Source: Coriobacteriia bacterium (GTDB lineage Bacteria; Actinomycetota; Coriobacteriia; Anaerosomatales; PALSA-660). Taken from it: 49,035 nucleotides of DNA. How positions within the stretch are numbered: the first letter of the stretch is position 1; the number at the start of each line of letters is the position of its first letter. Shown here one piece after another: positions 35,787-45,650 of this stretch. Under the pieces are notes generated by a model, which ran no database searches, had not been told where the DNA came from, and saw nothing but the letters and a program-made list of their open reading frames with translations. Both the position numbers and the translations under genes were made by a program. Where the stretch lies: the NCBI GenBank assembly GCA_023252055.1, contig JAHEXP010000006.1, positions 1 to 49,035 of the forward strand, in the 5' to 3' direction.

Positions 35787-38282
35787 TCAGCGTGGGCGCT
35801 CGAGCTCCAGCCTGACCGCACCCGGCGACAGGCGGCACAGCAGGTCCGCCGTCGCGGGATGGCAGGTGAGGAACACCACTTGCCGGCGCGTCGCGAGGTC
35901 CGCGATCGCGGCGGCGGCCGGCTCGAGCCGGTCCGGGCTGAAGTCGACGAGGATGTCGTCCATCAGCACGGGCAGGCCGCGCCCCGCGTCGCCAAGTTGC
36001 TCGATGAGGCCGAGGCGCAGCGCCAGATAGAGCTGTTCGGCGGTTCCCCGCGACAACTTGCCCGGCGAGGTCGCCGCCGAAGAAGCGTCGAAGACCTCGA
36101 TGGCGTCCTTGCCGAGCGGCACCGCGATGCGCTCGTAGCGTCCGTTCGTCATCTCCGCGAACGCCGCTTCGGCACGCTTCACGACCTCGGGCTGCCGATC
36201 GCGCTCGTAGCGCTCCTGGGCAAGCGACAGGAGTCTGGCGGCGACCGCCAGAACAGCGTAATCGCGCACGCCGTCAGCGATCCGCTCACCGACCGTCTCC
36301 TCCTCGAGGCGCAACTCGGACAGAGCGCTCTCGCGGTGCTCCGCCCCGAGGGAGGTGCGCAGCTCGGTGGCCTCCCGGGACAAGCGGTCGAACTCGTCGG
36401 AGGCGTCGCGCGCACAGCCGCGCGCCTCCGTCTCGAGCATGCGTGCGGCCTCGATGTCCCCATCTGTCACGCCCAGCGCGCGCAGGGCGGTGCTCGCGGC
36501 CTCGCTGGCGGCACCCGCCCTGCCGCGGTCATCTGCCGCGGTCAGCGATAGACGCTCCGCCGTGGCCAGCGCGTCCATTCGCACGGCCGCCGCCGCCCGT
36601 GCGTCCGCGACCTTGGCCGCCGCCCTTGTCATGAGTTCCGGTATCCGGTCCAGGCGCGTCTCGGTCGCGGGCTCGCCAAGAAGCGGACCGGCGACTGCGG
36701 CCACACGCTGCGCATAGGCCTCCGCGCTGTCACGGTCGGCTCCGACCTCGGCATGCAGGGCCGACCTCTCCCCGTCCGCCTTGCGAACCTCGCGTGCGGC
36801 CTGGTACCTCAGGTCGATCGCACGCGGCTCCTCCGAGCCGTCGCCGAGTCCGCGCGCGCGAACCCATTCAGACCAAGCGCCCACAGCGGACGCCAACCCG
36901 GCTTCGGCGGCGGCGAGTTCGCCGTCCACCGCGGGCATCCGGGATGCCGGGGCGCCCGTCGCGAGTCCGGTCGCCACACTCGTGATGAGCGAGAGGACGA
37001 CGCCGACAGCCGCGAGGAGGCCGGCGAAGACCGCCAGTACGGTCTGCCCCAGAACCAGACCGGCGACGAGGCCGGCGACACCGAGCCCGGCGACCGCGAA
37101 CCCGGGTATGGCCCACGGGCGGTTGCGGCCTGCGGCGCTGGAGGCACCGGTCGGATCCTCGGCACGAAGGCGCTCCCGCGCTTCCACCGCGGCCTCGACC
37201 CTGGTCCGTGCTTTGGTGAGGGCCTCTCGGTGGACGTCGATCTCGGCGGCGACTCCGGCGTCGGCGGCGGCGGCCAGCGCCGACGCCTCGCTCCAACCGG
37301 TATCGTCCAAAGCCGCACGCAGCCGAACGTCGACGGCGGCTGTCTTGGACTGGCCAGAGGAGAGCGACGCCATGCGCTCCCGGAAGCCCGAGAGCTCCGC
37401 GAACAGGGCATCGACGATGTCGGCCGCGGCCAACGCGGCCTCGTCCGCTCCCGCAGTGGCGGCCTTCTCACGCGCAGCTGAGGCCTCGGTCTCGATCCGC
37501 TCCGCGTCCTGCGTCAGCAACGTGGCCTCGCTCGTGAGGCGCGCCGCGTCCGCAACGGCGCGCGATCCGCGCTCGGCGGTCACCTGGGTATCGTTGCGCC
37601 GCGCGCGGGCGGCCTCCACGGCGCGCTCGAGTTCCTCGAGACGGGAGCCGTCGATGCGCAGCGTCTCAGTCTCGGCCTCGAGTGTCCGGATCTGGACTCG
37701 CAGCTCCTCGCGCCGCGCCTTCGCTCGGTTGAGCGCCGGAGTGGAGGCGCGCTTCGCCCACAACGCGTCCATCGCGGCTTCCAGCTTGCTGCGAACATCG
37801 ATCGGGCTCACCGTGAGCCCGGCTCCCGCAGCGTACAAACGTGCGATGAGGTCGTCGTCCTTGCCCTTGAGTTCCTCGATCTGCTGCATCTCTGCGAGAC
37901 CGAAACCGAACACGACCCGGTACGCGAGCCGGCTGACGCCGGCCGTGAGCTCTCCGACGAGGCCGTCGCGCTGGCGACCGCTCAACGTCCGTACGGTGAC
38001 GGGCCCGCCGTGCACGCCCTCGCGGCGCTCGACGACCCACTCGCCGTCGTCGTCAGCGAAGACGAGTCTGCCCTCGCGAGCGCCCGCCTCCGAGAGGTAC
38101 GGGGCCTCCTTGGCGTCCGCCCGCGTGGGAAATCCGTAGAGCACGTGGCGGACGAGCGCCATGAGCGAACTCTTGCCGGCCTCGTTCGGGCCGTGCACCA
38201 CGGTGAGGCCCGGCGCAAGGTCCCCGAGCATGCGGCCGTCGATCTTGCCGAACCTTCCCGCCTCGACGCGGACGAGTCTCAT
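35787..38282 (-). CDS. YhaN-like SMC/Rad50-type ATPase with internal TM hairpin
   Basis: Walker A GPNEAGKSS, long coiled coil, signature LSRGTAEQLYLALRL, Walker B MDDILVDF and LTCH. Confidence 0.88.
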   Translation of the reverse strand: MRLVRVEAGRFGKIDGRMLGDLAPGLTVVHGPNEAGKSSLMALVRHVLYGFPTRADAKEAPYLSEAGAREGRLVFADDDGEWVVERREGVHGGPVTVRTLSGRQRDGLVGELTAGVSRLAYRVVFGFGLAEMQQIEELKGKDDDLIARLYAAGAGLTVSPIDVRSKLEAAMDALWAKRASTPALNRAKARREELRVQIRTLEAETETLRIDGSRLEELERAVEAARARRNDTQVTAERGSRAVADAARLTSEATLLTQDAERIETEASAAREKAATAGADEAALAAADIVDALFAELSGFRERMASLSSGQSKTAAVDVRLRAALDDTGWSEASALAAAADAGVAAEIDVHREALTKARTRVEAAVEARERLRAEDPTGASSAAGRNRPWAIPGFAVAGLGVAGLVAGLVLGQTVLAVFAGLLAAVGVVLSLITSVATGLATGAPASRMPAVDGELAAAEAGLASAVGAWSEWVRARGLGDGSEEPRAIDLRYQAAREVRKADGERSALHAEVGADRDSAEAYAQRVAAVAGPLLGEPATETRLDRIPELMTRAAAKVADARAAAAVRMDALATAERLSLTAADDRGRAGAASEAASTALRALGVTDGDIEAARMLETEARGCARDASDEFDRLSREATELRTSLGAEHRESALSELRLEEETVGERIADGVRDYAVLAVAARLLSLAQERYERDRQPEVVKRAEAAFAEMTNGRYERIAVPLGKDAIEVFDASSAATSPGKLSRGTAEQLYLALRLGLIEQLGDAGRGLPVLMDDILVDFSPDRLEPAAAAIADLATRRQVVFLTCHPATADLLCRLSPGAVRLELERPR

Positions 38283-39526
38283 CACAGCTCGCCCTCCAAT
38301 CTGTCGAGGCACACGTCGCGTGCTCGTTCCACCAGCCCCGACACGCTCATGTCCGCCGGGTCGAGCGCGCCCAAGGAACCCTCGATCGGGCCCAGAGCCT
38401 CTGCGACGAGCCGCTCCATGAGGGAGGGATCCGTGAGGAGTTCGTCCGTGAGCCGTACGAGGTCGCCGGCGAAGTCCTGGGCGTCACGGAGTGCGGCGAT
38501 GTCCAGCGCGGCCGAGGTCCGGTCGCGCACACGGTCCACCCAGACCCAAGGCGCCGCGGCGAGTTGCTCGTCGCGCAGGTCGCGCACGAGGTCCTCGAGC
38601 ACCGTGCCGCGCACGAGCGGCGCGTGCGCTTCGGTGCGACCGGTGAGGTCGAGGCGGACTATCGCGGGCCTGTCCTCGGCCCTCGATCGAGCGCCGTCGC
38701 ACGCACCACGCATGGCCTCGCGGATATCGTCCAGCCCGGAGGCGGAGGACACATCGAGGGCGAGCCGTTCCCACACGATCGATGCGGTGGGCATGAAGCG
38801 CATCTCGGCATGCCCACCTGCGATCTCCACCAGGTAGCACCCGCGGACGCCGTCCTCTTTGGGGCTGCGGCCCTGAGGACACCCGGCATACACGATCGCC
38901 GGCGTTTCCGAGAGCACCTCGGGCTTGTGGATGTGACCGAGCGCCCAGTAGTCCATGCGCGCGGCTCGCAGATCCTCCATCGAAGCCGGCGCATAGTTGG
39001 CGACGCCTTCACGCCCGCCGACGTTCGTATGCAGGACACCGATGGCCACGCCGCCTGTGTCCGCTCGGGCGAAACCCTTCGCGAGATCGCGGGTCTCGGC
39101 AGCGCGCTCGTAGCCGCGGCCGTACAGCGTGCACAGGAGCTCGCCGTCGCGCTCCACGGGGATCGCCTCGACGTCGCGAGTTGAGAAGTAGTGCACGGAA
39201 GGCGGCAGCGCCAGTCCGGCCGACCAGCCGTCCGCGGGATCGTGGTTGCCCCGAGCGATGAACACCGGCACGCCCGCCTCCGACAGGCGGACGGCCTGCC
39301 TCTGGAAGAAGAGCTGCGCGGCCATGCTGCGGCTGTTGTCGTAGACGTCACCGGCGATGAGCAGGAAGTCGACGGCTTCTTCGATGCACAGCGTGGCGAT
39401 GCGCTCGAACGCCTCGAGAGTGGAAGCGACGAGCGCCGCACGGACGCGCGGATCCGACGCATCGACGCCCGCGAACGGAGCGTCGAGGTGCAGGTCGGCG
39501 GCGTGGATGAATCTCACAGGTCGCAT
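38282..39526 (-). CDS. YhaO-like Mre11/SbcD metallophosphoesterase (DNA repair exonuclease)
   Basis: HAADLHLD, AGDVYD, GNHD, LH and ALGHIH..GCPQGR motifs; true start at ATG 39526 within the long ORF 38282..41752. Confidence 0.9.
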   Translation of the reverse strand: MRPVRFIHAADLHLDAPFAGVDASDPRVRAALVASTLEAFERIATLCIEEAVDFLLIAGDVYDNSRSMAAQLFFQRQAVRLSEAGVPVFIARGNHDPADGWSAGLALPPSVHYFSTRDVEAIPVERDGELLCTLYGRGYERAAETRDLAKGFARADTGGVAIGVLHTNVGGREGVANYAPASMEDLRAARMDYWALGHIHKPEVLSETPAIVYAGCPQGRSPKEDGVRGCYLVEIAGGHAEMRFMPTASIVWERLALDVSSASGLDDIREAMRGACDGARSRAEDRPAIVRLDLTGRTEAHAPLVRGTVLEDLVRDLRDEQLAAAPWVWVDRVRDRTSAALDIAALRDAQDFAGDLVRLTDELLTDPSLMERLVAEALGPIEGSLGALDPADMSVSGLVERARDVCLDRLEGEL

Positions 39527-39600
39527 CCGGGGCCCCTCGCAAGGATGTGCGTGACGTCGAGCAGGCCCATCGTATCGCAGGGGTGTGACAGCGGCCCGGT

Positions 39601-40476
39601 CTACCGCGACGAGTTCTTGTGCAGGTCCTCGCGTGTCTCGTAGACGACACCCATCGTCCCCGGGCCCACGTGCAGTCCGATGGCGGGGCCGATCTGCTGG
39701 ATGCGAGGTCTGCGCCCGATACGCTCGCCCAGCAGTTTGGCCAGAACCTCCGCCTCGGGAGCGGCGAGGATGTGGTGGACGACGATGTCCGCGAGGCCGT
39801 GGGCCTCGGCGTCGGAGGCGACCATATCGGCTATCGTCTCGATGGCGCGGCGCTGCGTGCGGACCGAGCGCACGGTCGACGTCACGCCGTCGATGACGGT
39901 GAGTATCGGACGCACCTGCAACAAGGTCCCGAGTAGAGCCCGCGCGTTGCCGATCCGGCCGCCCATCCGCAGGTACTCCAGCGATGCAGGGGCGAACAGC
40001 CACCTCGTGCGCGAAGTGGTCTCCTGCGCTGCGGCCACCGCTTCCTCGAGGGTGCCACCCGCATCCGCCACGCGCGCGGCGGCGAGCACGGCGAACCCCT
40101 CCTCCATGCAGTTGGACAGCGAATCGACCACCGCGATCCCCCCGGAGGGGTGCCGCGCCAAGATCTGGTCGCGGGCCATGAGAGCGGTCTCGTACGTACC
40201 GCTCATCTTGGACGAGAGCAGGACGGCCACGACCTCGTCGCCCGCCGCCACCGGCTCCTCGAGCGCCTGGATCATCGATGCCACCGAAGGCTGGGACGAG
40301 GTGGGGAACTCCGAAGCGGCCAGCATCGCCTGGTAGAACTGCTCGGGGTCGATCTCGTCCTCGGTGCGCGTCACTCCGTCGAGTGTCGCGGAGAGTTGCA
40401 CGACACGTACGCCGAGGGCCTGGGCCTCGTCGGCGGGGATGTAGCTCGTCGAATCCGTGATGACGCGGACCGCCAT
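39601..40476 (-). CDS. DegV family fatty-acid-binding protein
   Basis: ITDSTS, PTSSQPS, SSKMSGTY, VDSLS, LEYLRMGGRIG and HVGPG. Confidence 0.93.
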   Translation of the reverse strand: MAVRVITDSTSYIPADEAQALGVRVVQLSATLDGVTRTEDEIDPEQFYQAMLAASEFPTSSQPSVASMIQALEEPVAAGDEVVAVLLSSKMSGTYETALMARDQILARHPSGGIAVVDSLSNCMEEGFAVLAAARVADAGGTLEEAVAAAQETTSRTRWLFAPASLEYLRMGGRIGNARALLGTLLQVRPILTVIDGVTSTVRSVRTQRRAIETIADMVASDAEAHGLADIVVHHILAAPEAEVLAKLLGERIGRRPRIQQIGPAIGLHVGPGTMGVVYETREDLHKNSSR

Positions 40477-40654
40477 GGGTGCGGCTCCTCCATCGTGTGG
40501 CCGACCGTGCTCCGGCATCGTACCGCAGCACGCTGCGCGCATGAACGTGCGACATGCCCGCGACTCGTGCGTGCGCGGGCGACGGGTATACGATAGTGGC
40601 AGCGGAGTATGCAGCCGCGGTCTGGAGCCGGACACCGAGCCACGAGGAGTGCGC

Positions 40655-41986
40655 ATGGAGCGGACGAGGACGATCATCATGGGAGCGGCGGGGCGCGACT
40701 TCCACAACTTCCAGGTGGTGTTCCGTGACGATCCGGACGTGGAAGTGGTCGCCTTCACGGCCACGCAGATACCCGGCATCGATTCGCGCACCTATCCCGC
40801 CTCGCTCGCCGGCCCTCTGTACCCCGAGGGGATCCCCATCCATCCGGAGTCGGAGCTTTCGCGCCTCATCGCCGACCTCGAGGTCCAGCAGGTCGTCTTC
40901 GCGTACTCGGACGTCGCGCACGTCGACGTCATGCACAAGGCCTCCACCGTGCTCGCAGCCGGCGCCGACTTCTCGCTCCTGGGTCCGGACCGCACGATGA
41001 TCTCGTCCGACAAGCCGGTCATCTCGATCTGCGCGGTGCGCACCGGGGTGGGCAAGTCGGGGATCTCCCGCTACATCTGGCAGCTGCTGCGCGAGCACGG
41101 GCTGCGCGCGGTCGACATCCGCCACCCGATGCCATACCGCGACCTGACTGCGATGCGCGTCGAGCGCTACGGCTCGATGGAGGACCTCGACCGGCTGAGA
41201 GTCACCGTCGAGGAGCGTGAGGAGTACGAACCGTTCATCGATGCCGGCGGCGTGGTCATGGCCGGCGTCGACTACGCCGACATCCTGCTCGCGGCCGAGG
41301 AGGAAGCCGACGTCATCATCTGGGACGGCGGCAACAACGACATGCCGTTCATCCGGCCCGACCTCGAGATCGTCGCCCTCGATCCGCACCGGCCGGGCCA
41401 CGAGAGGCTCTACCACCCGGGCGAGGCGAACTTCCTGCGCGCCGACGTACTCGTCGTGACCAAGGTCGACACCGCGGACCCGAGCAGCGTCGCCGAACTC
41501 CACGCGACAGCGGCCCGGTTCAACCCCGGCGCGACCGTGGTCGAGACAGACTCGGTGGTACGCGTGGTCGGGGGAGACTCCCGAATAGCGGGCAAGAAGG
41601 TCCTCGTCATAGAGGACGGTCCCACCGTGACGCACGGTGGGATGGCCTACGGCGCGGGAGTGATCGCGGCCAGGCGCGCCGGCGCCGAGATCGTCGATCC
41701 CAGGCCGTTTGCGAAGGGCTCCCTGCGCGACACGTTCGCCGCCTGGACCCATCTGAGCGAAGTGCTCCCCGCGATGGGCTATTCGCCCGAGCAGCTCGCG
41801 GACCTCGCCGCCACCATCGCCGCCGTTCCGTGTGACGCGGTCGTGATCGCAACACCCATCGACCTCGCCCGCCTCATCGACATCGAGCAGGAGGCGGTCC
41901 GCGTCACCTACGAGGTGGAGGACCGCGGCGCGCCGACGCTGCGCTCGATCGTGGAGACGTTCCTACGTGACGGGAACCTCGTGTGA
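40655..41986 (+). CDS. COG2403 P-loop protein (often annotated cyclic 2,3-diphosphoglycerate synthetase/GTPase); probable arginine synthetase ArcE
   Basis: IIMGAAGRDFHNF, AVRTGVGKS, RHPMPY, EEREEYEP, WDGGNND, EDGPT.THGGM and LPAMGY; coupled to carbamate kinase. Confidence 0.75.
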   Translation: MERTRTIIMGAAGRDFHNFQVVFRDDPDVEVVAFTATQIPGIDSRTYPASLAGPLYPEGIPIHPESELSRLIADLEVQQVVFAYSDVAHVDVMHKASTVLAAGADFSLLGPDRTMISSDKPVISICAVRTGVGKSGISRYIWQLLREHGLRAVDIRHPMPYRDLTAMRVERYGSMEDLDRLRVTVEEREEYEPFIDAGGVVMAGVDYADILLAAEEEADVIIWDGGNNDMPFIRPDLEIVALDPHRPGHERLYHPGEANFLRADVLVVTKVDTADPSSVAELHATAARFNPGATVVETDSVVRVVGGDSRIAGKKVLVIEDGPTVTHGGMAYGAGVIAARRAGAEIVDPRPFAKGSLRDTFAAWTHLSEVLPAMGYSPEQLADLAATIAAVPCDAVVIATPIDLARLIDIEQEAVRVTYEVEDRGAPTLRSIVETFLRDGNLV

Positions 41987-42975
41987 CCGAGGCGGCCCAT
42001 CCCGCGGCAGCGCCCGCGCCCCGCTCCTCCTCCGTACCGATGACCCTCGTCGTCGCACTCGGCGGCAACGCGATGCTGCGGCGCAGCGACGACGGCACGA
42101 TCGAGACCCAGCTCGCCCGCTCCGACGAGGCGATGGCGCACATCGCCCGGCTCGTCGGCACCGGTGCGCATGTGGCGGTGACGCACGGCAACGGGCCGGT
42201 GGTCGGCAACATCGTCATCCGAAATGAAGCAGCCCGCGAACTCGTGACGCCCATGCCGCTCTATATCGCCGGCGCCGACTCCGAAGGCGGGCTCGGCTTC
42301 ATGCTGCAGCTCTCGCTCGCCAACGCGTTGTGGATGCGCGGCGACGAGAGCCCTGTGGTCACCCTGGTAACGGAGACGGTGGTCTCTGCCGACGACCCGG
42401 CCTTCGAGCGTCCGACCAAACCCATCGGCCCCTACTACACCGACGAGCAGGCCGACGCACTGCGCGCGAGCGAGCCGGCGTGGTCGTTCACCAGCGTCCC
42501 GGGCAGCGGGTGGCGGCGCGTCGTCGCCTCTCCGAAGCCGCTGCGCATCGTCCAGGCGCCGGTGATCGGGCGCCTGCTCGCGACCGGCACCGTGACGATA
42601 GCGGCCGGCGGCGGCGGTGTTCCGGTCTGTGAGGCCGCCGACGGGCAGTTGCATGGCATCGATGCGGTGATCGACAAGGACTGGGCGAGCGCCATGCTCG
42701 CCACGCAGATCGAAGCCGACGCGCTCGTCATCCTGATGGAGTCTGACCGCGTATACGCGGGCTGGGGCACCCCCGGGCAGCGTGCGATCGAGCACCTGAC
42801 CGCCCAAGGCGCAGGTGACCTGCTCGAGAGCGGTGCCCTTGAAGAAGGAAGCATCGGCCCCAAGGTCGCCGCGAGCGCATGGTTCGCGGCGACGACCGGA
42901 CGCCACGCGGTCATGTGCCGCGTCGAAGACCTCGATGACGCACTCGCGGGGCGGGCGGGCACCCGGATCGGGTGA
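41983..42975 (+). CDS. arcC: Carbamate kinase
   Basis: VALGGNA, THGNGPVVG, PTKPIGPYY, GWRRVVASPKP, GGGGVPV, AVIDKD and GSIGPKV. Confidence 0.93.
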   Translation: MTEAAHPAAAPAPRSSSVPMTLVVALGGNAMLRRSDDGTIETQLARSDEAMAHIARLVGTGAHVAVTHGNGPVVGNIVIRNEAARELVTPMPLYIAGADSEGGLGFMLQLSLANALWMRGDESPVVTLVTETVVSADDPAFERPTKPIGPYYTDEQADALRASEPAWSFTSVPGSGWRRVVASPKPLRIVQAPVIGRLLATGTVTIAAGGGGVPVCEAADGQLHGIDAVIDKDWASAMLATQIEADALVILMESDRVYAGWGTPGQRAIEHLTAQGAGDLLESGALEEGSIGPKVAASAWFAATTGRHAVMCRVEDLDDALAGRAGTRIG

Positions 42976-43023
42976 CCCGCCGCGCCCCGCGGCGATGTGC
43001 ACGTAACTTCGAAGCGTGCGCAG

Positions 43024-43323
43024 CTAGACGAGGGACTTCATGATCTCGTCGAACTGCTCCTTGGTGATCTCACCGGTGGCGAAGCGCTTGCGGGCGATGC
43101 CCACGGCCTCGTCCTCGGCGGGGGCCGACGGAGCTGCCCCCGGCATCATGTCGTGGTGCATCCCGTGCATGACCATGCCGCGGCGGTGCATCCGTCGCAC
43201 CATGACGACGATCAGCACGACGATCGCGACGACGAACACCAGCTTCAGCAGCCCGAAGAGCAGCAGAGCGAGTCCGCCGCCGCCCATGCCGCCGAAACCG
43301 TGATAGAACGCGAGTCCACGCAT
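43024..43323 (-). CDS. SHOCT domain membrane protein
   Basis: Gly-rich start, one TM helix, His/Met-rich linker, and C-terminal ARKRFATGEITKEQFDEI. Confidence 0.85.
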   Translation of the reverse strand: MRGLAFYHGFGGMGGGGLALLLFGLLKLVFVVAIVVLIVVMVRRMHRRGMVMHGMHHDMMPGAAPSAPAEDEAVGIARKRFATGEITKEQFDEIMKSLV

Positions 43324-43680
43324 ATCCGACACTCCTTGATCGCAGGCGGTCTTACCTTCGAACACTATCAAGCAACCGGCGCGCCGTCGCACGCTCGGGA
43401 GCTGCGGAGATGTCGTGTAGGCCGCCCGGAGGTGAAGCCGGGTTCGCCGAATCCTGCGCCTCGGCCGCCAAGACGCCGACACCGCTGGTCGGACACAGCC
43501 TCCCACCTGCGACGTTACCGAAAATGGCACCGCTCTCGCTCCCCCATGCCCCGGCTGCCGCCGGCGCTCACCAAGAGCGAGTACATCCAACGCACGATCC
43601 GGCGGACCAGCACGCACCGCTCGGAAGCGTCCACGGAGGCGCTTCTGCCGGCGCGTACCGTACCCGGCGAAAGGCACCGT

Positions 43681-44379
43681 GTGAAGGTACCCGTCGCGTC
43701 CCGCACATTCGCCAGGATCCCCTGGCGCGCGAGCCTCGCAGCGCTCGCATCGGCACTCGTCGCCGTCCTCGGCCTGTTCCCGACGACCGCGCACGCCATC
43801 ACTCGGGCCAAGGTCCTCGACCGGGCACACCATTGGGTGGCGAAGAAGGTCACGTACAGCCAGAACTCCACGTTCGCCGGCTACCGCCGCGACTGCTCGG
43901 GGTTCGTCTCGATGGCGTGGAAGCTCGGCCGCAGTTACACCTCTCGCACGATCCACGCGGTCGCCGTTCGCATCCCGCTGGCGAAGATGCAACCGGGCGA
44001 CGCGGTCCACACACCCGGGCACGTCGCCATCTTCGTGAAATGGGCGAACAAGGCGCACAGCCGGTACGTCGCGATGGAGGAGTCCACGTGGGGACGTCCG
44101 GCGCTCAAGCACGCGCGGCCGCTGGGCCGCGGGGCCAAGGGCCTGCGCTACCGCCATATCGCGAAGGCGAAGCCGCAGCTGGTGGCGCCCCCGCTCACCG
44201 GCGTCTCCCCGATCGCCGCCGGCACCGTCGCGCCCTCGGGGAACGCGACAGCCGCCGCCTCGGTGCTTGCCACCCAGGCGACGGCCGCGTTTCTGTCAAC
44301 GGACGCCGCGCCGACCCTCTTTGTCGCGTCCGCGTCACAGCCTTTGGGGCTGCTCGCCCTGGTGCCTGCCGCCTACTGA
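43681..44379 (+). CDS. Secreted NlpC/P60-like cell-wall hydrolase
   Basis: Signal peptide ending TAHA|; YSQ, YRRDCSGFVSMAW (catalytic Cys) and PGDA..GHVAIF (His); Ala/Thr-rich tail. Confidence 0.78.
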   Translation: MKVPVASRTFARIPWRASLAALASALVAVLGLFPTTAHAITRAKVLDRAHHWVAKKVTYSQNSTFAGYRRDCSGFVSMAWKLGRSYTSRTIHAVAVRIPLAKMQPGDAVHTPGHVAIFVKWANKAHSRYVAMEESTWGRPALKHARPLGRGAKGLRYRHIAKAKPQLVAPPLTGVSPIAAGTVAPSGNATAAASVLATQATAAFLSTDAAPTLFVASASQPLGLLALVPAAY

Positions 44380-45650
44380 ACGGCGGAGTGGTCCTCGATC
44401 CAGGTATCGACCTTGAGCGACCCGTCCTGGATGACCGGGTACTTCGGCGGTGGGTAGTCGTCGAGGCGCTGGTCGTAGGTGTAGGTGCGGTTGCGGAAGC
44501 CGGCAGTGGCGTTGCCGTTGCTGTCGACGACCACGAAACCGCCGTTCGCGTCGTAGTAGGTCTCCGAGCCGGTGATCGTGATGTTGTTGCGGAAGACGCC
44601 CTGCTTCGTGTCGGCGTAGATGCGGCCGCTCTGCGACAGCATCGCGGCGGTCAGCGACATGTCCTGGGGGACGCTCGCATACCAGCAGGGGACGATGATG
44701 TTGCCGTGGGCGATGAGCCCGCCGGTAACCGTCGAGTTCATGGTGCTCGGGCCGTAGTTGTTGGGGATGTAGATGTCCTTGTCGCTGACGATCGTAAGAG
44801 GCACGGAGTGCGAGCCCGACACCCACACGCTGTCCGAGAAATAGAAGGCGCCCGAAGTGGGGACGGCCATCGTGCGCACCGGCGTGGTGACGAGAACGCC
44901 GGTCGTCGTGCCGCCCGTGATCTTGTCGATCGTCACGTTGGCGCCGTTGACCGTCACCCGGTAGCCGTAGGCACCGGAGGCCGGGAAGTACGAGTTGTTG
45001 CCCTTGGCGGACAGCATGATCGTGTCCATGTCCGCGAGCACCTGGTTGAAGTCCACGGCGGCCTGGTGCTGCAGAGCGCCCTGATCCATGACGCCGGTGT
45101 TCGACACGGTGCCCGCGGCGGTGACTTTGCCGGTGATGTGGCCCGCGTTGATGATGTTCGAGTTGCAGCGGACCTGACCGTTGATGAGCGCCGCCGAACC
45201 GATCCGGATGTCCGCGTTCGACAGGAACATGTAGTCGGCGAAGGAGGGGAACCTGATCGTCGCGGCGATCGTCACGGTGCCGTCGCCGGCAGCGCCCGTC
45301 GAGTACAGGGTCAGGGGCTTCCCGTTGGCCGCGGGTTGGGCGGTGACGCGGTAGCTCTCGCCGTTACCGATGGACACGACGCCGGTGTCGGGCGCAGTCA
45401 GGTAGTAGCCGTACTGCGACTTCAGCTGGAACAGGTAGGCGTTGATCCCGGCGTCCGCGACGTGCATGGCCCGGACGCGCGACGTCCTGATCATCGTCGA
45501 CTGTGTCTGGTACCCGACCATGAGCATCAGGGTCGTGGCGAGCACGAACAGGATGCTCGTCGTGGCGATGACCGTCATGAAGGCGGACCCGGCATCGCTT
45601 CTCAGCGGCGCCGCGGTACCCGCGTTATGAGAGCGAGTTGAACAGCGCAC
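44373..45650 (-). CDS. PilX-like minor pilin / assembly protein with beta-rich C-terminal domain
   Basis: DAG|SAFMTVIA hydrophobic helix lacking Glu5, and RAMHVADAGI PilX N-terminal motif; start uncertain. Confidence 0.7.
   Translation of the reverse strand: MRCSTRSHNAGTAAPLRSDAGSAFMTVIATTSILFVLATTLMLMVGYQTQSTMIRTSRVRAMHVADAGINAYLFQLKSQYGYYLTAPDTGVVSIGNGESYRVTAQPAANGKPLTLYSTGAAGDGTVTIAATIRFPSFADYMFLSNADIRIGSAALINGQVRCNSNIINAGHITGKVTAAGTVSNTGVMDQGALQHQAAVDFNQVLADMDTIMLSAKGNNSYFPASGAYGYRVTVNGANVTIDKITGGTTTGVLVTTPVRTMAVPTSGAFYFSDSVWVSGSHSVPLTIVSDKDIYIPNNYGPSTMNSTVTGGLIAHGNIIVPCWYASVPQDMSLTAAMLSQSGRIYADTKQGVFRNNITITGSETYYDANGGFVVVDSNGNATAGFRNRTYTYDQRLDDYPPPKYPVIQDGSLKVDTWIEDHSAVQ

Noticed and set aside
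38282-41752. 1156-aa ORF suggesting a giant nuclease fusion
   Set aside because: Only the part from ATG 39526 has phosphoesterase motifs. The upstream part overlaps degV in another frame and is antisense to the ArcE-like gene, a high-GC open-frame artefact.
43324-43680. Possible c-di-AMP (ydaO) riboswitch upstream of the NlpC/P60 gene; CGCCGAATCCTGC near 43445 resembles its 5' strand
   Set aside because: The downstream conserved elements (GGGGGA(A/C)CC and CCCGUCAGCUAAC) are absent. An Infernal scan would settle it.
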